Below, piece after piece: positions 43,780 to 58,344 of a stretch of 64,000 nucleotides of DNA (position 1 is the first letter of the stretch; each line of letters opens with the position of its first letter). The stretch lies in sequence record OR062527; one strand, written 5' to 3'. The notes beneath the pieces are model-generated. The model was not told where the DNA came from and ran no database searches. It worked only from the letters and a program-made list of their open reading frames with translations. This DNA comes from Escherichia phage vB_EcoM_11B_SA_NWU. Made by a program: the position numbers and the translations under genes.

Positions 43780-44697
43780 TCAAAATTCATTAATGCTATT
43801 AGTTAATTTAGAAAGACCCGCTTTTACAAAATATGAATAAATTTTGCCACGCGGTGGTAATTTATATGAATTATAGTAATTCACAATGTTTGAAGCAATA
43901 TTATCAGGAATATAATCAAAATCAATTAGAACTAAATTTTCTTTATATCGATTATATTCAGATTCAGTGAGAAGCACCTTAGCTTGCTCACGGTCATTAG
44001 CAATAGCTTCAACAATAGAGGTTTTCATTGAAGGAGTTCGTTCACCTTCAACTCTGGTAAACCAAAAGTCAGATCGTACTTTAACTGAAGCAACGTTATC
44101 CTTTTTGTCGCCTTTAAGGATTTTAGTCATACAGTCAATTTCAGCAGAACCGCTTTTAATTTTAACCCATTTCTTGTGCATCGGTGACCATTGCTTAACA
44201 TTTGGATATTTGTGAAGTTGAGTAAAGTCACCATCCGATGAAATGATTAAAATCTTATGTCCTTCTAAAGAGAACTTTTTAACAAGAACAGCAATATGGT
44301 CATCTGCTTCATACTTATCAATATCCATAACGATGTATGGCATATAAGCTTTCAATTCATCTATAACTTTATGGCTGGATTCAAAATAACCTTCCCAATC
44401 CCAAGTAGATTCTTCTCGTGCTTTTCCACGGTTTTTCTTATAATAATAAGCAAAATCACGACGCCAGTATCCAGATTTCGCGTTATCAATACACAGTACA
44501 ATTTTAGTGTATCCAAGAGTTTTTGCTTTTTTGACATTAAACTTAATTGAGTTCAATATCAAATGACGAACCATTGATAAATTAATTTTTTCTTTATCTG
44601 GGAAGTTTACCAAAGCAGTTGAAAGCGCAATTTGACTAAAGTCAATTAAGCAGATTCCTTCTTTGTAATCTTCATCCAGCATCATTTCTAAATCCAT
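43780..44697 (-). CDS. rnh: RNase H (5'-3' exonuclease/FEN)
   Basis: 305 aa from MDLEMML; matches T4 RNase H. Confidence 0.9.
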   Translation of the reverse strand: MDLEMMLDEDYKEGICLIDFSQIALSTALVNFPDKEKINLSMVRHLILNSIKFNVKKAKTLGYTKIVLCIDNAKSGYWRRDFAYYYKKNRGKAREESTWDWEGYFESSHKVIDELKAYMPYIVMDIDKYEADDHIAVLVKKFSLEGHKILIISSDGDFTQLHKYPNVKQWSPMHKKWVKIKSGSAEIDCMTKILKGDKKDNVASVKVRSDFWFTRVEGERTPSMKTSIVEAIANDREQAKVLLTESEYNRYKENLVLIDFDYIPDNIASNIVNYYNSYKLPPRGKIYSYFVKAGLSKLTNSINEF

Positions 44698-44759
44698 ATG
44701 AACCTCGTTCAATTAGTGAGATTTCTATTATATACCATCCGAATCTTAAAGTAAACAAG

Positions 44760-44767
44760 TATAAATA
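44760..44767 (+). promoter_or_regulatory. Late promoter TATAAATA upstream of gene 34
   Basis: Exact TATAAATA 35 nt upstream of ATG. Confidence 0.6.
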
Positions 44768-44801
44768 CTTATTATTGAAAACACAATAGGAGCCCGGGAG
44801 A

Positions 44802-47800
44802 ATGGCCGAGATTAAAAGAAAGTTCAGAGCAGAAGATGGTCTGGACGCAGGTGGCGATAAAATAATCAACGTAGCTTTAGCTGATCGTGCCGTAGGAACT
44901 GACGGTGTTAACGTTGATTACCTAATTCAAGAAAACACAGTTCAACAATACGATCCAACTCGTGGATATTTAAAAGATTTTGTAATCATTTATGATAACC
45001 GCTTTTGGGCTGCTATAAATGATATTCCAAAACCGGCAGGAGCTTTTAATAGCGGACGCTGGAGAGCATTACGTACCGATGCTAACTGGATTACAGTCTC
45101 ATCTGGTTCATATCAATTAAAATCTGGTGAAGCTATTTCGGTTAACACTGCAGCTGGTAATGATATTACATTTACTTTGCCATCTACCCCAATTGATGGT
45201 GATACTATCGTTCTCCAAGACATTGGAGGAAAACCTGGAGTTAACCAAGTTTTAATTGTAGCTCCAGTGCAAAGTATTGTAAACTTCAGAGGCGAGCAAG
45301 TACGTTCAGTACTAATGACTCATCCAAAGTCACAGTTAGTTTTAATTTTTAGTAATCGTCTGTGGCAAATGTATGTAGCTGATTATAGTAGAGAAGCTGT
45401 AGTTGTAACACCAGCGAATACGTATCAGGCGCAGTCTAACGATTTTATCGTACGTAGATTTACTTCTGCTGCACCAATTAATGTTAAGCTTCCGAGATTT
45501 GCTAATCATGGCGATATTATTAATTTCGTTGATTTAGATAAATTAAATCCTCTTTATCATACAATTGTTACGACATATGATGAAACGACTTCAGTACAAG
45601 AAGTTGGAACTCATTCTATTGAAGGCCGTACATCGATAGATGGTTTCTTGATGTTTGATGATAATGAGAAACTGTGGAGATTGTTTGATGGCGATAGCAA
45701 AGCACGTTTACGTATTATAACAACTAATTCAAATATTCGTCCAAATGAAGAAGTTATGGTATTTGGAGCGAATAACGGAACAACTCAAACAATTGAGCTT
45801 CAGCTTCCAACTAATATTTCTGTTGGTGATACTGTTAAAATTTCCATGAATTACATGAGAAAAGGGCAAACAGTTAAAATCAAAGCTGCCGGTGAAGATA
45901 AAATTGCTTCTTCAGTTCAATTGCTGCAATTCCCAAAACGTTCAGAATATCCACCTGAAGCTGAATGGGTGACTGTTCAAGAATTAGTTTTTAACGGTGA
46001 AACTAATTATGTTCCAGTTTTACAACTTGCTTATATAGAAGATTCTGACGGAAAATACTGGGTTGTACAACAAAACGTTCCAACCGTAGAAAGAGTTGAT
46101 TCTTTAAACGATTCTACTAGAGCAAGATTAGGCGTAATTGCTTTAGCTACACAAGCGCAAGCTAATGTCGATTTAGAAAATTCTCCGCAAAAAGAATTAG
46201 CAATTACTCCAGAAACATTAGCTAACCGTACTGCTACAGAAACTCGTAGAGGTATCGCAAGAATAGCAACTACTGCTCAAGTGAATCAGAACACCACATT
46301 CTCTTTTGCTGATGATATTATCATTACACCTAAAAAGCTGAATGAAAGAACTGCTACAGAAACTCGTAGAGGTGTTGCTGAAATTGCTACGCAACAGGAA
46401 ACTAATGCAGGTACTGATGATACTACAATCATCACTCCTAAAAAGCTTCAAGCTCGACAAGGTTCTGAATCATTATCTGGTATTGTAACCTTTGTATCTA
46501 CCGCAGGAGCTACTCCAGCTTCTAGTCGTGAATTAAATGGTACAAACGTTTATAATAAAAACACTAATAATTTAGTTGTTTCGCCTAAAGCTTTGGATCA
46601 GTATAAAGCTACTCCAACACAACAAGGTGCAGTAATTTTAGCAGTTGAAAGTGAAGTAATTGCTGGACAGAGTCAAGAAGGATGGGCAAATGCGGTTGTA
46701 ACGCCAGAAACGTTACATAAAAAGACATCAACTGATGGAAGAATTGGTTTAATTGAAATTGCTACGCAAAGTGAAGTTAATACAGGAACTGATTATACTC
46801 GCGCAGTCACTCCTAAAACTTTAAATGATCGTAAAGCAACTGAAAGTTTAAGTGGTATAGCTGAAATTGCTACGCAAGTTGAATTCGACGCAGGCGTCGA
46901 CGATACTCGTATCTCTACACCATTAAAAATTAAAACTAGATTTGATAGTACTGATCGTACTTCTGTTGTTGCTCTATCTGGATTAGTTGAATCAGGAACT
47001 CTCTGGGACCATTATACCCTTAATATTCTTGAAGCAAATGAGACACAACGTGGTACACTTCGTGTGGCTACACAAGTTGAAGCTGCTGCTGGAAAATTAG
47101 ATAATGTTTTAATAACTCCTAAAAAGCTTTTAGGTACTAAATCTACTGAAGCACAAGAAGGTGTTATTAAAGTTGCAACTCAGTCTGAAACTGTGACTGG
47201 AACGTCAGCAAATACTGCTGTATCTCCAAAAAATTTAAAATGGATTGTGCAGAGTGAACCTACCTGGGCAGCTACTACTACAGTAAGAGGCTTTGTTAAA
47301 ACTTCATCTGGTTCAATTACATTCGTTGGTAATGATACAGTTGGTTCAACACAGTCGTTAGAATTATACGAGAAAAATAGCTATGCAGTATCACCATATG
47401 AATTAAACCGTGTATTAGCAAATTATTTGCCGTTAAAAGCAAAAGCCGCTGACACAAATTTATTAGATGGTCTAGATTCATCTCAATTCATTCGTAGGGA
47501 TATTGCACAGACGGTTAATGGTTCACTAACCTTAACCCAACAAACGAATCTGAGTGCCCCTCTTGTATCATCTAGTACTGCTACGTTTGGCGGATCAGTT
47601 TCGGCAAACAGCACATTAACTATTTCTAATACTGGAACGGCAACTCGTCTGATTTTTGAGAAAGGACCTCAAACTGGAACTAACCCAGTACAGACGATGA
47701 CTATCAGAGTTTGGGGAAATCAGTTTGGTGGCGGTTCAGATACAACACGTTCTACTGTATTTGAAGTTGGTGATGAAACGTCTAATCACTTTTATTCTCA

Positions 47801-48671
47801 ACGCAATAAAGCTGGGAATATAACGTTTAGTATCAATGGTACTGTAATGCCAATAAATGTTAATGCTTCGGGTTCTTTGAATGCGAACGGCGTTGCAACA
47901 TTTGGTAGTTCAGTTACAGCCAATGGTGAATTCATCAGCAAGTCTGCAAATGCTTTCAGAGCAATAAATGGTGATTATGGATTCTTTATTCGCAATGATG
48001 CTGCTAACACCTATTTCATGCTTACTGCATCGGGTGATCAGACTGGCGGATTTAATGGATTACGTCCTTTAGCTATTAACAATGCATCCGGTCAAGTAAC
48101 GATTGGTGAAAGCTTAATCATTGCCAAAGGTGCTACTATAAATTCAGGTGGTTTAACTGTTAACTCGAGAATTCGTTCTCAGGGCACTAAAACATCTGAC
48201 TTATATACCCGTGCGCCAACATCTGATACTGTAGGATTCTGGTCAATTGACATTAATGATTCAGCTACTTATAACCAGTTCCCAGGTTATTTTAAAATGG
48301 TTGAAAAAACTAATGAAGTGACTGGACTTCCATACTTAGAACGTGGTGAAGAAGTTAAATCTCCTGGTACATTGACTCAATTTGGTAACACACTTGATTC
48401 GCTTTACCAAGATTGGATTACTTATCCAACGACTCCAGAAGCACGTACCACTCGCTGGACCCGTACATGGCAGAAAACCAAAAACTCTTGGTCGAGTTTT
48501 GTTCAGGTATTTGATGGAGGTAACCCTCCTCAGCCGTCTGATATCGGTGCTTTACCATCTGATAATGCTACAATGGGGAATCTTACTATTCGTGATTTCT
48601 TACGAATTGGTAATGTTCGCATTATTCCTGACCCAGTGAATAAATCTGTTAAATTTGAATGGATTGAATAA
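44802..48671 (+). CDS. 34: Long tail fibre proximal subunit gp34
   Basis: 1289 aa as T4 gp34; internal repeats. Confidence 0.93.
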   Translation: MAEIKRKFRAEDGLDAGGDKIINVALADRAVGTDGVNVDYLIQENTVQQYDPTRGYLKDFVIIYDNRFWAAINDIPKPAGAFNSGRWRALRTDANWITVSSGSYQLKSGEAISVNTAAGNDITFTLPSTPIDGDTIVLQDIGGKPGVNQVLIVAPVQSIVNFRGEQVRSVLMTHPKSQLVLIFSNRLWQMYVADYSREAVVVTPANTYQAQSNDFIVRRFTSAAPINVKLPRFANHGDIINFVDLDKLNPLYHTIVTTYDETTSVQEVGTHSIEGRTSIDGFLMFDDNEKLWRLFDGDSKARLRIITTNSNIRPNEEVMVFGANNGTTQTIELQLPTNISVGDTVKISMNYMRKGQTVKIKAAGEDKIASSVQLLQFPKRSEYPPEAEWVTVQELVFNGETNYVPVLQLAYIEDSDGKYWVVQQNVPTVERVDSLNDSTRARLGVIALATQAQANVDLENSPQKELAITPETLANRTATETRRGIARIATTAQVNQNTTFSFADDIIITPKKLNERTATETRRGVAEIATQQETNAGTDDTTIITPKKLQARQGSESLSGIVTFVSTAGATPASSRELNGTNVYNKNTNNLVVSPKALDQYKATPTQQGAVILAVESEVIAGQSQEGWANAVVTPETLHKKTSTDGRIGLIEIATQSEVNTGTDYTRAVTPKTLNDRKATESLSGIAEIATQVEFDAGVDDTRISTPLKIKTRFDSTDRTSVVALSGLVESGTLWDHYTLNILEANETQRGTLRVATQVEAAAGKLDNVLITPKKLLGTKSTEAQEGVIKVATQSETVTGTSANTAVSPKNLKWIVQSEPTWAATTTVRGFVKTSSGSITFVGNDTVGSTQSLELYEKNSYAVSPYELNRVLANYLPLKAKAADTNLLDGLDSSQFIRRDIAQTVNGSLTLTQQTNLSAPLVSSSTATFGGSVSANSTLTISNTGTATRLIFEKGPQTGTNPVQTMTIRVWGNQFGGGSDTTRSTVFEVGDETSNHFYSQRNKAGNITFSINGTVMPINVNASGSLNANGVATFGSSVTANGEFISKSANAFRAINGDYGFFIRNDAANTYFMLTASGDQTGGFNGLRPLAINNASGQVTIGESLIIAKGATINSGGLTVNSRIRSQGTKTSDLYTRAPTSDTVGFWSIDINDSATYNQFPGYFKMVEKTNEVTGLPYLERGEEVKSPGTLTQFGNTLDSLYQDWITYPTTPEARTTRWTRTWQKTKNSWSSFVQVFDGGNPPQPSDIGALPSDNATMGNLTIRDFLRIGNVRIIPDPVNKSVKFEWIE

Positions 48672-48679
48672 GAGGTATT

Positions 48680-49795
48680 ATGGAAAAATTTATGGCAGAG
48701 TTTGGACAAGGATATGTCCAAACGCCATTTTTATCGGAAAGTAATTCAGTAAGATATAAAATAAGTATAGCGGGTTCTTGCCCGCTTTCTACGGCAGGAC
48801 CATACGTTAAATTTCAGGATAATCCTGTTGGAAGTCAAACATTTAGCGCAGGTCTTCATCTAAGAGTTTTTGACCCTTCCACCGGAGCATTAGTTGATAG
48901 TAAGTCATATGCTTTTTCTACTTCAAATGATACTACATCAGCTGCTTTTGTTAGTTTCATGAATTCTTTGACGAATAACAAACTTGTTGCTATATTAACT
49001 AGCGGAAAGGTTAATTTTCCTCCTGAAGTAGTATCTTGGTTGAGAACCGCAGGAACGTCTGCTTTTCCATCTGATTCTATATTGTCAAGATTTGACGTAT
49101 CATATGCTGCTTTTTACACTTCTTCTAAAAGAGCTATTGCATTAGAGCATGTTAAACTGAGCAACAGAAAAAGCACAGATGATTATCAAACTATTTTAGA
49201 TGTGGTGTTTGACAGTTTAGAAGACGTCGGAGCTACCGGGTTTCCAAAAAGAACGTACGAAAGCGTTGAGCAATTTATGTCAGCGGTTGGTGGAACTAAT
49301 AACGAAATTGCACGTCTACCGACTTCGGCTGCTATAAGTAAATTATCTGACTATAATTTAATCCCTGGCGATGTTCTTTATCTTAAAGCACAGCTATATG
49401 CTGATGCTGATTTACTTGCTCTTGGAACTACAAATATATCTATCCGTTTTTATAATGCATCAAATGGATATATTTCTTCAACACAAGCTGAATTTACTGG
49501 GCAAGCTGGGTCATGGGAATTAAAGGAAGATTATGTAGTTGTTCCAGAAAACGCTGTAGGATTTACGATATATGCACAAAGAACTGCACAAGCGGGTCAA
49601 GGCGGTATGAGAAATTTAAGCTTTTCTGAAGTGTCAAGAAATGGCGGCATTTCAAAACCTGCTGAATTTGGTGTTAATGGTATTCGTGTTAATTATATCT
49701 GCGAATCTGCTTCACCTCCAGATATAATGGTACTTCCTACGCAAGCATCGTCTAAAACTGGTAAAGTGTTTGGGCAAGAATTTAGAGAAGTATAA
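48680..49795 (+). CDS. 35: Long tail fibre hinge protein gp35
   Basis: 371 aa; position. Confidence 0.88.
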   Translation: MEKFMAEFGQGYVQTPFLSESNSVRYKISIAGSCPLSTAGPYVKFQDNPVGSQTFSAGLHLRVFDPSTGALVDSKSYAFSTSNDTTSAAFVSFMNSLTNNKLVAILTSGKVNFPPEVVSWLRTAGTSAFPSDSILSRFDVSYAAFYTSSKRAIALEHVKLSNRKSTDDYQTILDVVFDSLEDVGATGFPKRTYESVEQFMSAVGGTNNEIARLPTSAAISKLSDYNLIPGDVLYLKAQLYADADLLALGTTNISIRFYNASNGYISSTQAEFTGQAGSWELKEDYVVVPENAVGFTIYAQRTAQAGQGGMRNLSFSEVSRNGGISKPAEFGVNGIRVNYICESASPPDIMVLPTQASSKTGKVFGQEFREV

Positions 49796-49800
49796 ATTGA

Positions 49801-49826
49801 GGGAGCCTTCGGGTTCCCTTTTTCTT
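49801..49826 (+). terminator. Stem-loop gggagcc-ttcg-ggttccc + T-run after gene 35
   Basis: Hairpin with one G-U pair followed by tttttcttt. Confidence 0.55.
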
Positions 49827-49834
49827 TATAAATA
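49827..49834 (+). promoter_or_regulatory. Late promoter TATAAATA upstream of gene 36
   Basis: Exact TATAAATA 23 nt upstream of ATG. Confidence 0.6.
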
Positions 49835-49857
49835 CTATTAAAATAAAGGGGCATACA

Positions 49858-50514
49858 ATGGCTGATTTAAAAGTAGGTTCAACAACTGGAGGCTCTGTCA
49901 TTTGGCATCAAGGAAATTTTCCATTGAATCCAGCCGGTGACGATGTACTCTATAAATCATTTAAAATATATTCAGAATATAATAAACCACAAGCTGCTGA
50001 TAACGATTTCGTTTCTAAAGCTAATGGTGGTACATATTTAAATAAAGTAATTTTTAATAAAGGAATGACTGTTCCTGGTGCTGGGTCAGGTGACAACGGT
50101 ATTTTTGCCGGTCCTGGTGATAATGCCACATATGATACTACAAATATGGATATTGTTTCATGGTATGGTATCGGCTTTAAATCATCACAAGGGGCAGCAG
50201 GTAGAACTGTAGTAATTAACACACGAAACGGAGATATTAGCTCAAAGGGTGTAATTGAAGCATCACAAATACGCGCAACTTCGTTATCACCAGTAAATAA
50301 TTATGACCTTACGAGAAAAGATTATGTTGATGGAGCAATAAATATTGTTACAACAAATGCAAACTCTAGAGTATTACGCTCTGGAGACACTATGACAGGA
50401 AATTTAACTGCGCCAAACCTTTTTTCACAGAATCCTGCATCTCAACCCTCGCATGTTCCGCGATTTGACCAAATCGTAATTAAGGATTCTGTTCAAGATT
50501 TCGGCTATTATTAA
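49858..50514 (+). CDS. 36: Long tail fibre distal connector gp36
   Basis: 218 aa; position. Confidence 0.88.
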   Translation: MADLKVGSTTGGSVIWHQGNFPLNPAGDDVLYKSFKIYSEYNKPQAADNDFVSKANGGTYLNKVIFNKGMTVPGAGSGDNGIFAGPGDNATYDTTNMDIVSWYGIGFKSSQGAAGRTVVINTRNGDISSKGVIEASQIRATSLSPVNNYDLTRKDYVDGAINIVTTNANSRVLRSGDTMTGNLTAPNLFSQNPASQPSHVPRFDQIVIKDSVQDFGYY

Positions 50515-50522
50515 GAGGACTT

Positions 50523-54645
<4,123 letters not shown>

Positions 54646-54677
54646 TTTTTGAATAAATATCCTTAAAAGGAGGGTCT

Positions 54678-55334
54678 ATGGCAGCACCTAGAATATCATT
54701 TTCGCCCTCTGATATTCTATTTGGTGTTCTAGATCGCTTGTTCAAAGATAACGCTACCGGGAAAGTTCTTGCTTCCCGGGTAGCTGTCGTAATTCTTTTG
54801 TTTATGATGGCGATTGTTTGGTATAGGGGAGATAGTTTCTTTGAGTACTATAAGCAATCAAAGTATGAAACATACAGTGAAATTATTGAAAAGGAAAGAA
54901 ATGCACGCTTTGAATCTGTCGCCCTGGAACAACTCCAGATAGTTCACATATCATCTGAGGCAGACTTTAGTGCGGTGTATTCTTTCCGCCCTAAAAACTT
55001 AAACTATTTTGTCGATATTATAGCATATGAAGGAAAATTACCTTCAACAATAAGTGAAAAATCACTTGGAGGATATCCTGTTGATAAAACTATGGATGAA
55101 TATGCAGTTCATTTAAATGGACGTCATTATTATTCCAACTCAAAATTTGCTTTTTTACCAACTAAAAAGCCTACTCCCGAAATAAACTACATGTACAGTT
55201 GTCCATATTTTAATTTGGATAATATCTATGCTGGAACGATAACCATGTACTGGTATAGAAATGATCATATAAGTAATGACCGCCTTGAATCAATATGCGC
55301 CCAGGCGGCCAGAATATTAGGAAGGGCTAAATAA
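54678..55334 (+). CDS. t: Holin T
   Basis: 218 aa, single TM segment; matches T4 holin. Confidence 0.93.
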   Translation: MAAPRISFSPSDILFGVLDRLFKDNATGKVLASRVAVVILLFMMAIVWYRGDSFFEYYKQSKYETYSEIIEKERNARFESVALEQLQIVHISSEADFSAVYSFRPKNLNYFVDIIAYEGKLPSTISEKSLGGYPVDKTMDEYAVHLNGRHYYSNSKFAFLPTKKPTPEINYMYSCPYFNLDNIYAGTITMYWYRNDHISNDRLESICAQAARILGRAK

Positions 55335-55607
55335 TTATTTGTTCGTATACATCTCTAGATATCGATATACACCCTCAAAACCCTCGTTGAATTCGTCGAT
55401 GAGGGTTTTCTTATCTTCTTGAGTTAATTCAGAAACAATTTTACGGAATGAATTCTGATTTAATTTTCTACCTTCATGCGTTACTCCAATCTCATTCAGA
55501 AATGCAATAAAATTAGCACGATTTTCAACAATATCTTCTCTGGAAAATTTAATCAAAATAGACGCAACAGTAATAATTTCACGAACTGTATCAATATTTT
55601 TATTCAT
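55335..55607 (-). CDS. asiA: Anti-sigma70 factor AsiA
   Basis: 90 aa; matches T4 AsiA. Confidence 0.92.
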   Translation of the reverse strand: MNKNIDTVREIITVASILIKFSREDIVENRANFIAFLNEIGVTHEGRKLNQNSFRKIVSELTQEDKKTLIDEFNEGFEGVYRYLEMYTNK

Positions 55608-55619
55608 TAACTATACCAC

Positions 55620-55772
55620 TCAATTAGTTGACTTTGTTATAATATCATCAGACGCTTGATTTGTAAACTGGTCTGTGTTATTTTCTTCAAAAATTTTTTC
55701 TACGAATTCCTTGAACGACTTACGTTCCTGAGCTACATTATGCTCGATTACTTTTTCAAGATTATGACTCAT
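55620..55772 (-). CDS. Small ORF (50 aa) between asiA and arn, not in ORF track
   Basis: Hand translation MSHNLEKVIEHNVAQERKSF...; ATGA overlap with upstream gene stop. Confidence 0.4.
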   Translation of the reverse strand: MSHNLEKVIEHNVAQERKSFKEFVEKIFEENNTDQFTNQASDDIITKSTN

Positions 55773-56047
55773 TCGAAATAATCTTCAATTTCATAATCAT
55801 GGACATAAATCATTATAGTTTTTAATACATCATCAATACTTTTTCCTGGAGCTGGAATTACGTAAAAATATCCTGCTTTTGAAAGGTCTTTATAAGTTCC
55901 AATCAAGAAATCATTATTCTCGAGATGTAGTTCTTCAACTAATTCATTAACAATTGAGTGGTATAAATTTGGTAGAAACTTATATAGCTTTTCTAGAATA
56001 TCAATTTTGATTGTGTATTGAACCACAGACTGAGAATCAATAATCAT
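55769..56047 (-). CDS. arn: Probable Arn (anti-restriction, DNA-mimic) protein
   Basis: 92-aa acidic protein at the arn position after asiA. Confidence 0.6.
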   Translation of the reverse strand: MIIDSQSVVQYTIKIDILEKLYKFLPNLYHSIVNELVEELHLENNDFLIGTYKDLSKAGYFYVIPAPGKSIDDVLKTIMIYVHDYEIEDYFE

Positions 56048-56124
56048 AGACCTTCCCCTTATGTTTCTGTTTGCGATTAGATTCTTTAAACGCTTTCTTC
56101 TTATCTTTATGAACAGAAGCTTTA

Positions 56125-56349
56125 TTAAAATTGTGCTTTGCGACTAAATTGTTCATAGTGCTGAATTACCTCTCTTAAACATTTGCATGTGAATGAGAAC
56201 TTTTTAGCTACACCACACTCAAATATATGTTCTCTTAAATCACGTGTATCAGTATATCCCATCTCAACGATAAAATGCCGTATTAGATTTTTATCTTTAT
56301 CATTGAGAGAATTAAAATAATCGGATTTTGAATTAATTTCCCTGGCCAA
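56125..56349 (-). CDS. Hypothetical protein (arn.x cluster)
   Basis: 74-aa ORF. Confidence 0.5.
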   Translation of the reverse strand: MAREINSKSDYFNSLNDKDKNLIRHFIVEMGYTDTRDLREHIFECGVAKKFSFTCKCLREVIQHYEQFSRKAQF

Positions 56350-56629
56350 ATTGAATCACCTTCAGTTGACGCTTTAGTTCTTTTATCATTTCTTCGTTCA
56401 TCGCAATATAAAGATCGCGTAAAGCAGGTTTTAACATTCCATTTACCGGAGAACTAAATGGGCATACATAATCTTTTCCTACAAGCTTTTTGGTAAATTC
56501 CATATCACAGAACTGAAATGCTGGCTCATTCGCATAAATTCCCCAATTAGTTGACATCATTTTATTGGCATATTCCAGCGCATTAATTTGATTCATAATT
56601 CCATCAATTTGAAACTTTTTAATATTCAT
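56333..56629 (-). CDS. Hypothetical protein (arn.x cluster)
   Basis: 98-aa ORF. Confidence 0.5.
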   Translation of the reverse strand: MNIKKFQIDGIMNQINALEYANKMMSTNWGIYANEPAFQFCDMEFTKKLVGKDYVCPFSSPVNGMLKPALRDLYIAMNEEMIKELKRQLKVIQFGQGN

Positions 56630-57090
56630 TAGTAAAGGTCCTCAGAGTAAAGTTCTTTTTCACTACCACCACGTTCAATACGCACCTGCCCAGCATAAGT
56701 TGCAATAATCATTGCTTCTTCACGTGTCCAATAATTACTATATTGGTCAATAAACCCTTGGTCATCATCACAAACTTGTTGAGTAACTAATTGAGGTTTA
56801 ACTACATCTAAAACTTCTGCCATATCTTTAGAATAATGACGAGCACCTGGAATAACGAGAGTTCGTCCATCTTTTAATTTAAAACGATTAGCTGCACAGA
56901 CAATTCGTCGTTGATACTTTTGGTTTTCATCCCAGTATGCAGGCTGCCAACATATTTCAGGAACTTCATCTAAAACATTTTGTTCTGTATATTCACCGCC
57001 GTAAGAAGCTAATTTAGCAGCCAGACTTTCCGGAGTCTCACGTAACAAAGCTTTATCTAACAGAGCTAAACGTTCTTTAAAAGTTTTCAT
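56629..57090 (-). CDS. Hypothetical protein (arn.x cluster)
   Basis: 153-aa ORF. Confidence 0.55.
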   Translation of the reverse strand: MKTFKERLALLDKALLRETPESLAAKLASYGGEYTEQNVLDEVPEICWQPAYWDENQKYQRRIVCAANRFKLKDGRTLVIPGARHYSKDMAEVLDVVKPQLVTQQVCDDDQGFIDQYSNYWTREEAMIIATYAGQVRIERGGSEKELYSEDLY

Positions 57091-57416
57091 TTAAACCATC
57101 CTTTAATACGTTGCCACAAAGTTTTCTGTTGAGCTTTGTTAACACCAATTGAGCGAATAACCGGTTGAGATTCCTGGAATTCTTTATAATCAGCAAGATA
57201 AATTTCGTAAGCTGCATCTGTAAAGGAACTTATCGCTGCCATAAAATTATTACGAATACCTACTGGAGCATCTTTACTTTCACGAATAATCATGTATTTA
57301 CCAGTCTTAATCTTTACGATAGTTCCAAGATAAGCTCCATGATACCAGATGTCCCAACCCTCTTGAGTAGGTTCTGCACAACGACGAAGTTCATTGACAA
57401 TTTCTAACTTGTTCAT
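57087..57416 (-). CDS. Hypothetical protein (arn.x cluster)
   Basis: 109-aa ORF. Confidence 0.5.
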   Translation of the reverse strand: MNKLEIVNELRRCAEPTQEGWDIWYHGAYLGTIVKIKTGKYMIIRESKDAPVGIRNNFMAAISSFTDAAYEIYLADYKEFQESQPVIRSIGVNKAQQKTLWQRIKGWFK

Positions 57417-57426
57417 TATTTATTCC

Positions 57427-58062
57427 TCACAGTTCAGATGCTACAGTTATTACTGCTTCAATGTTTTCTGCCGAGCGTTTAATGTCAAGATACACATTAC
57501 CGTTTTTAGCGATTTTACATGACATTCCGATGTCAGTAAATTTCTGAATATGATGTTCCATCATTTTGTATCCAAAAATTCGCATGTTTCCATTATTGTT
57601 AATTTCAAAATTGCGAATTCCGTGAGTGCGTTTTTCTAAAATAGCAAGATAGTTACTGCGGTAAGTTTCAACCTTTTTAAGAACAAATCCATTTTCATCT
57701 AGCAGTTTTAACATGAGGTCTTTATCTTCTTCCATATCAGAAGTAATCTCACGAGCTTTACGAGTTGCTCGTTTTTTCAGAAGTTCTGGAGCATTTTCCT
57801 GCGCATATAAAGTTGCTGCGTTTGAAATAATATCTTGCGCTTCGCCTGTGATGATTAATCCATCACCTGATTTCTCTACCAGGCCTTTTTTAATCAATAC
57901 CCCAATATTACTATTAACTACTGCGTTACCTAAATCTGGATGCACCTCACGAACTTCTGCAGCTGTAATGAAATCTTTCTTAGCAATAGTAATTAAAATC
58001 GCAGCGGTTTTTTCATTCAGAACATCGTTAGAAGCTTTGATGATGTAAGTTACTTTAGACAT
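57427..58062 (-). CDS. motA: MotA middle-transcription activator
   Basis: 211 aa; matches T4 MotA. Confidence 0.92.
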   Translation of the reverse strand: MSKVTYIIKASNDVLNEKTAAILITIAKKDFITAAEVREVHPDLGNAVVNSNIGVLIKKGLVEKSGDGLIITGEAQDIISNAATLYAQENAPELLKKRATRKAREITSDMEEDKDLMLKLLDENGFVLKKVETYRSNYLAILEKRTHGIRNFEINNNGNMRIFGYKMMEHHIQKFTDIGMSCKIAKNGNVYLDIKRSAENIEAVITVASEL

Positions 58063-58094
58063 TTTCTAATCTCCGTAATTCTGTATCAGTAGTT

Positions 58095-58135
58095 GATAGT
58101 TGTATAGTACCACAGTATGCTTTGGTTGTAAACCG
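58095..58135 (-). promoter_or_regulatory. Early promoter GTTTACA-17-TGgTACTAT upstream of motA
   Basis: Reverse complement gtttacaaccaaagcatactgtggtactatacaactatcaact. Confidence 0.55.
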
Positions 58136-58159
58136 TTTTGTGAAAAAAAAAAATTTTAA

Positions 58160-58190
58160 AATAAAAAAAGGGAGAGCCGAGGCTCTCCCT
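58160..58190 (-). terminator. Intrinsic terminator (gggagagc-cgag-gctctccc + U-run) on minus strand
   Basis: Perfect 8-bp stem followed on minus strand by ttttttt. Confidence 0.65.
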
Positions 58191-58194
58191 AAAA

Positions 58195-58344
58195 TTACTG
58201 CATGACTGTGATAACTGTCATGATAACACGTTGAATGCCGAACGCAAGAAGACCTCCTGCTACGGCTGGAACAACACCTACCCCCGCTAGTAAAATGCCG
58301 CCAGATACTAATGCTGCGCTTGTAATACCTATAAATGGACTCAT
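58195..58344 (-). CDS. Small hydrophobic protein (49 aa), not in ORF track
   Basis: Hand translation MSPFIGITSAALVSGGILLAGVGVV...; start overlaps gene 52 stop. Confidence 0.45.
   Translation of the reverse strand: MSPFIGITSAALVSGGILLAGVGVVPAVAGGLLAFGIQRVIMTVITVMQ

Noticed and set aside
58141-58170. Long A-run (tgaaaaaaaaaaattttaaaataaaaaaa) as a possible poly-A insertion or programmed-frameshift site
   Set aside because: It is intergenic and, on the minus strand, forms the U-tract of the hairpin terminator at 58160..58190.
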